Assembly (NCBI GenBank): GCA_019057475.1
Contig: DXJO01000046.1
Coordinates: 32,001 to 96,000 of the forward strand
Reading direction: 5' to 3'
Origin: Candidatus Thorarchaeota archaeon
GTDB taxonomy: Archaea; Asgardarchaeota; Thorarchaeia; Thorarchaeales; Thorarchaeaceae
DNA length: 64,000 nt
Below, piece after piece: positions 37,407 to 44,832 of this stretch. The notes beneath the pieces were generated by a model. It worked only from the letters and a program-made list of their open reading frames with translations. It ran no database searches and was not told the origin of the DNA. Both the position numbers and the translations under genes were made by a program. How positions within the stretch are numbered: the stretch's first letter is position 1; the number at the start of each line of letters is the position of its first letter.

Positions 37407-37418
37407 AGGATGCTATGT

Positions 37419-39251
37419 TCACTTTCCTTTGCCAATGTAGTAGTAGTTGCCAGATGCCTTCTGTTGGTTGTCCAATTGAGACCCATCCTTGTTGACCCGC
37501 GGACGACCGGTCTGAGGGTCTCTACGGAAGGTGACCCCCATCTGCTTGAGGAATGCATTCATACCAATACGAAGCGTAGTAACTGACGATGCAACTCCCA
37601 ATTTCCCGGGCACTCCGTTAAACACAACCATGCTGTCGCTGAGATAGTCTGCCATGAGAAGGGAGTGCTCGACAACGAAAGCCGTCTTCATTCCAGTCTG
37701 CACAGTCCGACGAATCGCTCTAGAACTGGCAAGCCGTTGTTCTATATCAAGAAATGCAGAAGGTTCGTCAAACAGGTAAATATCAGCCTCGGTTGCAAGG
37801 CATCGCGCAATGGCTGCGCGTTGAAGCTCCCCTCCACTCAGGTCCGTGACTGAATGATCCATCAAGTGTTCAAGTTCAAGTTTCCTGATGACAGACGTGT
37901 TGAAGTCAGGTGAGTCCACCATGTCCCCACCAGATTCACGGAGATACATTCTGACCGAGCCATCATAGTCGTGGCTGATGTATTGAGGTTTGTAACTTAC
38001 TCTCAGCTCGAAGCCAGAAACTGTCTTTGTTGGCGCCACCCCTTCATCAGGTTCCAATTCACCCGCAAGCATTTTGACGAAAGTCGTTTTGCCAATTCCA
38101 TTGGGGCCAAGAATGCCCACTATCTGACCCTTGTACACGCGCCCGCCCCTGACCTTAAGTGAGAAATCCTCAAACTCCTTCTTCATATCGCCGTATTCTA
38201 ACAGGGATTCTGAGCCCCCCCATTTCTCATCCTGGCCGGTCATCCCTTTGAATGAAATTGAAGTATCGCGAAAGCGCATATTCTCGTCAGGAATGTAGCC
38301 ATCCAGGAAGATGTTCACGCCGACCCTTGTTCCGTGAGGATGAGAAACTATACCGTACGCGCCCGGCTTTCCATAGAAGACACAGACAAGATCTGAAACA
38401 TAATCCAAGATAGAAAGGTCATGCTCCACAACAACAACTGTCTTGCCTAACTCAGAGAGCTGACGAATAGCTCGGGCGACCCTGAGACGTTCCCGAACGT
38501 CGAGATATGCAGTTGGCTCATCAAAGAAGTAGATCTCGGCTTCGCGGACTATTGCGGCTGTAATCGCCACACGCTGAAGCTCACCACCGCTGAGATACTT
38601 GATGGGGCGGTCCCAGATCTCTTCCAGATTCATGCCTTGCTTCATTTCCTTCAGCCGGCCAGACGAATCTGCTGACTCAAGGAGTTCGCTTATTGGCTTG
38701 TCAGCAACTGCTTCCACTTTGGGAAGATCCGCAATCGTCTGCGGCTTGTGAACAGGTACAATCGTTCCTGCTTGCATCTTCTCGAAGAAGGGTTGGAGCT
38801 CTGAGCCTCGATACGCCCGAATGATCTCATCCCATTCTGGTGGATCATCATAGCGGCCTAGGTTCGGTTTGATTTCCCCTGCGAGAATTCGGAGAGCCGT
38901 GGTCTTGCCAACCCCGTTAGCACCTATAAGACCGAGAACTTTACCCTCCTTTGGAATGGGTAATCGAAATAGCTTGAAAGCATTCACGCCGTAGCGATGA
39001 CTGGTGTCAGCTTCCAGTTCCTCAGGAAGGTTGATGATTTTGATTACTGCGCCATGCTGGTTGTATGGGCATTTCTTGACGCACATCGCAGCTCCGGAAC
39101 AGAGCGACTCCACTATGACGGGTGGTTTGTTAGGCCCATCCGGGAATACGACTGTTTCACGACCTGCACGAACGCTGGGACAGAATCTCTGACACTCGTG
39201 CGTACAATCCTTAGCCCTGCAGACCTCCTTGTTGATGATTGCGATGCGCAT
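37419..39251 (-). CDS. rli: ABCE1/RLI ribosome recycling ATPase
   Basis: N-terminal Fe-S domain, two NBDs (GANGVGKT, GPNGIGKT, LSGGELQR twice), TFRRD..GRPRVNK hinge. Confidence 0.96.
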   Translation of the reverse strand: MRIAIINKEVCRAKDCTHECQRFCPSVRAGRETVVFPDGPNKPPVIVESLCSGAAMCVKKCPYNQHGAVIKIINLPEELEADTSHRYGVNAFKLFRLPIPKEGKVLGLIGANGVGKTTALRILAGEIKPNLGRYDDPPEWDEIIRAYRGSELQPFFEKMQAGTIVPVHKPQTIADLPKVEAVADKPISELLESADSSGRLKEMKQGMNLEEIWDRPIKYLSGGELQRVAITAAIVREAEIYFFDEPTAYLDVRERLRVARAIRQLSELGKTVVVVEHDLSILDYVSDLVCVFYGKPGAYGIVSHPHGTRVGVNIFLDGYIPDENMRFRDTSISFKGMTGQDEKWGGSESLLEYGDMKKEFEDFSLKVRGGRVYKGQIVGILGPNGIGKTTFVKMLAGELEPDEGVAPTKTVSGFELRVSYKPQYISHDYDGSVRMYLRESGGDMVDSPDFNTSVIRKLELEHLMDHSVTDLSGGELQRAAIARCLATEADIYLFDEPSAFLDIEQRLASSRAIRRTVQTGMKTAFVVEHSLLMADYLSDSMVVFNGVPGKLGVASSVTTLRIGMNAFLKQMGVTFRRDPQTGRPRVNKDGSQLDNQQKASGNYYYIGKGK

Positions 39252-39625
39252 GGGTTCTCACAACACGTAATCGAGAGCTGTCGAGGATGTCAGTTGGACA
39301 CTATTTAGCGCTTTGGCTCGAGCGAATAGAGAGGTCAATTAGGAAACCTTTTGTGGATAACAAGAGAGAAATGCTTGGTACGGATAGATATGAAAGCGCT
39401 TGAGCACTTAATGGCATTCTTCACTCGGAGAGGACTTCTCCTCGGGGCAATCAGCCAGCCGTCAGATCTTAAAACGCAGATCAACAGGGTTCACGCCGCA
39501 GCCTTTCTGAGAATTACAGGAAAACGCCTTCGCACAGTCAATATAGTGGCGTCTGATAAAACGGCAGAAACACTCGACAATCTCAGTGATGGCCTTTCTC
39601 CCTCAAGACGCCTTGCGAGAAGACG

Positions 39626-39632
39626 TATATAA
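39626..39632 (+). promoter_or_regulatory. TATA box (with BRE-like purine run) upstream of the candidate C/D sRNA
   Basis: GAGAAGACG-TATATAA about 25 nt upstream of the sRNA 5' stem. Confidence 0.55.
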
Positions 39633-39654
39633 CACAGTTATTCATTTGATATCA

Positions 39655-39728
39655 TGTCGGGATGATGAATAAGCAGGGATGGTGAACGTCGTCAGCGTGA
39701 TGACCCGCTAAACCGCAATCTGACCGCA
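39655..39728 (+). ncRNA. Candidate C/D-box methylation guide sRNA
   Basis: C box ATGATGA 39662-39668, D' GTGA 39682-39685, C' GTGATGA 39697-39703, D CTGA 39720-39723, terminal stem CGG/CCG, 13- and 16-nt guides, intergenic. Confidence 0.75.
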
Positions 39729-39787
39729 CTATGATACCTCGGGCTCAATTTGAAATCAAAGGAACTCGTAGTGGAGAATCATCTATC

Positions 39788-40204
39788 TTGGCACCTTTCA
39801 ACTGCAACCACAATGGTGCGTGTGATGAAGTCAGGCTATGCTGCATCGACACTGAGATGACACTCACTAGAGAAGATGCAGAGAGGATTGATACACTTGG
39901 CCACTCAAGAAAGGACTACCTGATCCGAGCACCTGATGGATTCTGTCAGCTTAGAAACGTCGAGGGGCATTGCTATTTTTATGACCCTCAGAGTAAGACA
40001 TGTGCAATCTACGAATCGCGCCCGGAGGGGTGCAGGTTCTATCCCATCATATATCATGCAGGGAAGCGCAAGTGTGTTGTGGACAAAGACTGTCCTTCAG
40101 GTGAAACTCTAACAAGACAGGAGATTCGAAAGGTATGCCACAGAGTGCGGGCGTTGGTCGAAAAACTCAGAATGGAGGCGTTACAAGGTGAGAGCCCGTG
40201 CTGA
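39788..40204 (+). CDS. YkgJ-family cysteine-cluster (Zn/Fe-chelating) protein
   Basis: C...CC, C.FYD...CAIYESRPEGCRFYP; start refined from track 39731. Confidence 0.85.
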   Translation: MAPFNCNHNGACDEVRLCCIDTEMTLTREDAERIDTLGHSRKDYLIRAPDGFCQLRNVEGHCYFYDPQSKTCAIYESRPEGCRFYPIIYHAGKRKCVVDKDCPSGETLTRQEIRKVCHRVRALVEKLRMEALQGESPC

Positions 40205-41060
40205 TCTCCATGCTCATTCGAACCTGTCTGATGGTGTCCACTCGCCATCGGGACTTCTCTCCATTGCATCAGACCTCAACCTTGGAGCCTTAGCACTCAC
40301 TGACCATGATACGATTGATGGGCTAGTTGAGTTCATGAATGCAGAAGTGCGGGGATGCCCTATCAGAATACCAGGAGTAGAGATTAGCACTGAGTACCAG
40401 GGTGTGGAGGCGCATCTGCTTGGATACTTTGTGCCCACGCGGGCTCCGAAACTGGTGAAGAGGCTGAAGGCGCTTGAGGAGTCCAGGCGCAAACGTTTCC
40501 CAAAGATGCTGAACCGTCTTGAATCTGAAGGCATCCGGCTATCTGATGATGACATTGATCAGATACTCCAGGGAGTTAAGGCTCCAGGCCGCCCACACAT
40601 GGCGAAGCTGCTGATACGGAGAGGATACGTGAAGGATATTGAAGAGGCGTTTCACAAGTACTTGGGGAAGGGTAAACCCGGATACGTAAGGAAAGAACAC
40701 GCTGACATAGGGGAAACAATCAGTCTTCTGAGATCTGAGGGAGCAGTCCCGGTGCTTGCGCATCCATTGACCATGCGACTCCCTGACTTACGTTCTACTC
40801 TCATTGAGCTAAGGGAACTGGGTCTCCTAGGCGTGGAGATCGAGTATGACTACCAACATCTTCGCCTCAATGTGAAGCCAGGTGAGGTCCAGGCAATGGC
40901 AGGAGGTCTGGGCTTGATAGAAACCGGAGGAAGCGACTATCATGGCGACGGAGCCCACAGAAACCTTGGCAGCGTTACAGTCCCAATTCATGTAGTGGAC
41001 AACCTGCAAAAAGCTCACGAGGAGCTGAGGAATATCTCTTCGGAAGCAATATCTGGGTGA
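40188..41060 (+). CDS. PHP-family phosphoesterase (TrpH/YciV-like)
   Basis: DLHAHS..SDG, LTDHD, GVEIS, GRPH, LAHP, GGSDYHG. Confidence 0.92.
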   Translation: MRARADLHAHSNLSDGVHSPSGLLSIASDLNLGALALTDHDTIDGLVEFMNAEVRGCPIRIPGVEISTEYQGVEAHLLGYFVPTRAPKLVKRLKALEESRRKRFPKMLNRLESEGIRLSDDDIDQILQGVKAPGRPHMAKLLIRRGYVKDIEEAFHKYLGKGKPGYVRKEHADIGETISLLRSEGAVPVLAHPLTMRLPDLRSTLIELRELGLLGVEIEYDYQHLRLNVKPGEVQAMAGGLGLIETGGSDYHGDGAHRNLGSVTVPIHVVDNLQKAHEELRNISSEAISG

Positions 41061-41129
41061 AATGCGAAGCCCTCGCTCGGGCGTATTTCTTTGCGAGTGA
41101 TTGGCGCGCCCATTCTTCGGTGAACGACC

Positions 41130-41624
41130 ATGAGCAGATTTGCTGTCGATGCAATGTTGGGAAAATTGACGTTGTGGCTTAGGCTTACAGGGCACGACAC
41201 TTTCTATAGAGCAGATGTCGACGACGATGAACTGCTAAGAGTCGCCAACTCGGAGAAACGGATTCTCCTAACTTCTGACGCTAATCTGCACCAGCATGCT
41301 GTGGAGAGCGATATCAGAGGTATGCTTGTGAGAGGTAATGTGGATGAAACTGTAGCGGATGTATTCATCAAATTCGGAATCTCTCCTACGATTGATCCCA
41401 CCAAATCCCGATGTTCCAAGTGCAACGGTGAATTGATTCAACTAGATAGTACAGAGAAGGAACGCGTAAGAAACCTCGTTCATCAGAAGACCTACGACTA
41501 CTATGATAAATTCTGGCTCTGCAAGGACTGTCAGAGCGTGTTCTTTCAAGGAGGGTACTGGCAGAATATTCTAAGATACATGGAGAGAATTGACGAGTTA
41601 ATGAAAGAACGAAGGGATCTATGA
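41130..41624 (+). CDS. Mut7-C PIN-like RNase domain protein
   Basis: DAMLGKL..WLRL.GHD, RCSKCNG, CKDC..VFFQG. Confidence 0.9.
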   Translation: MSRFAVDAMLGKLTLWLRLTGHDTFYRADVDDDELLRVANSEKRILLTSDANLHQHAVESDIRGMLVRGNVDETVADVFIKFGISPTIDPTKSRCSKCNGELIQLDSTEKERVRNLVHQKTYDYYDKFWLCKDCQSVFFQGGYWQNILRYMERIDELMKERRDL

Positions 41625-41641
41625 GATATAACTGGAAAATC

Positions 41642-42100
41642 CTACCGCTCTTTCACTGCGATATTATACTCAAAAGGTATACAATCCTTCATCGATCGCG
41701 TTAGAGGGCAGAACGTCCTTGCTAGCTCTACGCACCGTTCACCGAACTCAATCTCGCCATCAGCAACTACTACTTCTCCAGAAATCTGAAAACCTGTGAT
41801 TGAATAGCCATCACCGTCGAATTTCACAGTGACCTTCCCCTTAAGATCAATCGAAATGAGGTGCAAGTCAGAGCGCCGCTTGACATCGAGAAATGTATTG
41901 TTAAGACACCCAAGGACACCAGCGATGAATAGCCTGTAGGGGCATAATCCTTGACCTCTACCGCCATACGTTTCTGGAGTGTCAAAGACCAGTTCTGATT
42001 CCTTCAGTGCTGCAATGCCGCCGGTCTTCCCATCCCACTTGCTAGTGGCGATATATTCCATCTCTTCGGGATAACGGGCTTTCTTTCGCACAGTTGACAC
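41642..42100 (-). CDS. OsmC/Ohr family protein
   Basis: FDTP..YGG, LF..GVLGC, FCPL two-Cys pattern. Confidence 0.85.
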   Translation of the reverse strand: MSTVRKKARYPEEMEYIATSKWDGKTGGIAALKESELVFDTPETYGGRGQGLCPYRLFIAGVLGCLNNTFLDVKRRSDLHLISIDLKGKVTVKFDGDGYSITGFQISGEVVVADGEIEFGERCVELARTFCPLTRSMKDCIPFEYNIAVKER

Positions 42101-42214
42101 CTGAGTTCATCACGCGGTCGCGAGGTGATTAAGCCTTTCCCTAGGACAACTGGAGGGAGTTCAGTCAGGAAGTGATTTAAACGTGCTTTGCATAGGCCGC
42201 CCGGTTGTGTACCT

Positions 42215-43258
42215 ATGGCCCGTAGAATGAAAGCGGCAATGTACTACGGAGTTGGTGACGTACGATTCGAGGAAACCGATATTCCCGTGATAGGACCAGG
42301 CGAACTGCTGATCAAGGTGGGAACCGCGCTCACTTGCGGTACCGATGTTAAGACGTACAAACGGGGCCATCCACTGCTCATCAGGAACATCCCTGCTCTA
42401 TTTGGGCACGAGTACGCAGGTATAATCGAAGAAGTTGGAGCAGGTATCGATGATTTCAAACCAGGTATGCGAGTCGTGGCAACAAATTCTGCACCATGCG
42501 GTGATTGCTTCTTCTGCAAACGTGATAGACCAAACCTCTGCCAGCAGCTGAAGAATACCTTAGTCAATGGAGCCTTCGCTGAGTACATACGTGTGCCTGC
42601 ACCTGTCGTGCAATGGAATACACATCAAATACCTGACAGTCTCTCATTTCGTGATGCATCACTTACTGAACCCCTAGCGTGTGTGGTCCACGGCATAGAG
42701 GAGGCCGGTATACAACTGGGTGATACTGTCACAGTGATAGGAGCGGGGCCGATTGGGCAGATGATGATTATGCTCGCAAAGAAGAGCGGCGCGTCAATTG
42801 TGATTGCTTCTGATTTGGCCAAGTTGAGAAGGGATATGGCAGTTCGTGCTGGTGCTGACATTGTGATTGATCCAGCTGCTGAGGATCCAGTGGAACGCGT
42901 GAAACAAACAACGGATGGGTATGGTGCAGATGTGGTGATAGAGGCTGTAGGGTTGCCAGTGACCTGGGAACAAGCAGTCGACATGACTCGGGATGCCGGC
43001 ACAACCGTACTGTTTGGCGGCGCTGCCTCTGGAACCAAATTCGAGATTGACACCGCAAGATTCCATTACGGGCAGCTGACCATAAAAGGCGTCTTTCATC
43101 TGGCACCGAAACATGTCGAACAAGCATTGAAGCTAATAATAGCCGGAGATATCGACCCGGATATTCTAATATCTCACGAGATGCCACTTGAGAAAATCAA
43201 AGACGCGTTGGATCTCATGGGTTCCGGCAAGAGTATGAAAGTAGCCATTACTCCTTAG
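42215..43258 (+). CDS. Zn-dependent MDR alcohol/polyol dehydrogenase
   Basis: CGTD, GHE, CGDCFFC...C, GAGPIG. Confidence 0.92.
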   Translation: MARRMKAAMYYGVGDVRFEETDIPVIGPGELLIKVGTALTCGTDVKTYKRGHPLLIRNIPALFGHEYAGIIEEVGAGIDDFKPGMRVVATNSAPCGDCFFCKRDRPNLCQQLKNTLVNGAFAEYIRVPAPVVQWNTHQIPDSLSFRDASLTEPLACVVHGIEEAGIQLGDTVTVIGAGPIGQMMIMLAKKSGASIVIASDLAKLRRDMAVRAGADIVIDPAAEDPVERVKQTTDGYGADVVIEAVGLPVTWEQAVDMTRDAGTTVLFGGAASGTKFEIDTARFHYGQLTIKGVFHLAPKHVEQALKLIIAGDIDPDILISHEMPLEKIKDALDLMGSGKSMKVAITP

Positions 43259-43295
43259 CTGCCTGAATTGCCGAAATGATATGGTGGCTCTAGTC

Positions 43296-43724
43296 ATGAA
43301 GTGGACGAGCAATAAAAAAATGAGGGGCAACGAGAGGGCCCTCGTAGAGCTGTTCTCAAAGATTGATGAGCAATATGAGGGGCTCCTGATTGTGGTTGAG
43401 GGTAAGAGGGATGAGAATATCCTGCGAGAACTAGGAGTTAAGGCGAGAATTGTCAAGACCCAATCGGGCAAGTCGCGGTTAGAATTTCTTGAAGAGATTG
43501 CATCAGAAGCAGGCGAGGGTGGTCAAATCCTGATACTCACTGATTTCGATCCAGAGGGTGTTGATCTGTGTAGATTCATTGAAAGGGATCTCGAACTCAG
43601 AAAGATTGCCATTCTGAAGCGCATCAGGCGGGAGATTCGGAAGTTAATGGGTAATTGGCGCTGTATCGAAGAGATGGTATCATTGTTCAAGCGACGGGAT
43701 TCTCCTGAGCCTCTAGACCCCTGA
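43296..43724 (+). CDS. Small Toprim-domain protein (UPF0292-like)
   Basis: IVVEGKRD and ILTDFDPEG. Confidence 0.88.
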   Translation: MKWTSNKKMRGNERALVELFSKIDEQYEGLLIVVEGKRDENILRELGVKARIVKTQSGKSRLEFLEEIASEAGEGGQILILTDFDPEGVDLCRFIERDLELRKIAILKRIRREIRKLMGNWRCIEEMVSLFKRRDSPEPLDP

Positions 43725-43750
43725 CAGGATTGGCAGGCGCATGAATAGGT

Positions 43751-44773
43751 CTACACGGTGCTTCCACAGTTTGCACAAATGAACTTGCCCTGCGGAATCT
43801 CATTTCCACAGACCCTGCAGGTCCGTGTCTTGCGAACCCGCATTGTGTCTATTACATCGCCCACCTGCGGCACGAGAATGAACTTCCCATGCTCAAGGGT
43901 AATGCGGAATTCCGTTGGATTTCCAGCACGTTCAAGTAAATCAGTTGGCATTGCCAATCGATAATTGCGGTCTAGTCTAACGATTCTAGTGTCATCCATA
44001 GTGTCCAGGTCGACACCAGCCTCATGGAAGCCTGAGATGATACCATCACGAATCTCGACAGTGATGTCTGCCTTGGACGCAACCTGCTGGCTATGCGTTA
44101 CGATAAAGAATGATGTTCCAAGAGACTCATTGAGTTCTTGAAAGAGATCGAGAATGCGCTCTGAGGTTTCAGGATCGAGGTCTCCAGTCGGCTCGTCACA
44201 AAGAACTAAGCCCTTACCTTCTGTGTCAATGAGGTTCACAAGAGCACTCGCAATCGCCACTCTTGACCTCTCACCGCCACTTAGCGTCGTGGCTTTGCTA
44301 CGTCTTCTCTCCTCAAGTCCAACAAGCTTGATGAGCCTGTCAACGCGGTCCCTGCGTACCTGACGAGGAACTCCTGCAATGCGCGCAGCGAGCTCGATGT
44401 TCTGCCATGCGTTCAGATGAGGCAGTAGATTCGCCGTTTGAAAAACGAAACCACAAAAATTACGGCGTGCTTCAGTGAGCACCCTCTCGCTAAGCTTGGT
44501 GATGTCCGTGCGCAAGTTTGCCCAGTAGATCTTGCCAACTGTTGCCTTAGTGATCCCGCCCATGATGTTTGTTAGTGTGGTTTTACCTGACCCGCTGGGA
44601 CCCACTACCGCCATTATTTTTCCCTCAAGTACCTGCATGGATACGCCGCTTAGTGCAACTACCTCAAGCTCGTGGGTCTTGTATATCTTGTACACGTTCT
44701 CAACGCTGACCACAACGTCGTCAGGGTAATCGCCATAAAGGTCTAGTTCTTCAATAATGGTCATTATGCGCAC
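43751..44773 (-). CDS. LolD/MacB-type ABC ATPase with C-terminal AbrB-like and Zn-ribbon domains
   Basis: GPSGSGKT, LSGGE, CDEPTGDLD; tail RLDRNYRLAMP and CRVCG..CANCG. Confidence 0.9.
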   Translation of the reverse strand: MRIMTIIEELDLYGDYPDDVVVSVENVYKIYKTHELEVVALSGVSMQVLEGKIMAVVGPSGSGKTTLTNIMGGITKATVGKIYWANLRTDITKLSERVLTEARRNFCGFVFQTANLLPHLNAWQNIELAARIAGVPRQVRRDRVDRLIKLVGLEERRRSKATTLSGGERSRVAIASALVNLIDTEGKGLVLCDEPTGDLDPETSERILDLFQELNESLGTSFFIVTHSQQVASKADITVEIRDGIISGFHEAGVDLDTMDDTRIVRLDRNYRLAMPTDLLERAGNPTEFRITLEHGKFILVPQVGDVIDTMRVRKTRTCRVCGNEIPQGKFICANCGSTV

Positions 44774-44832
44774 AACTCCTCGCTCTCGCGAGATTCTTTA
44801 AAACGCCTTTGTTCAAGCATATCTATCCACAC

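Noticed and set aside
39351-39632. 93-aa ORF upstream of the sRNA
   Set aside because: No recognisable motif and its stop lies in the TATA box; probably spurious, though this ~400-nt gap stays unexplained
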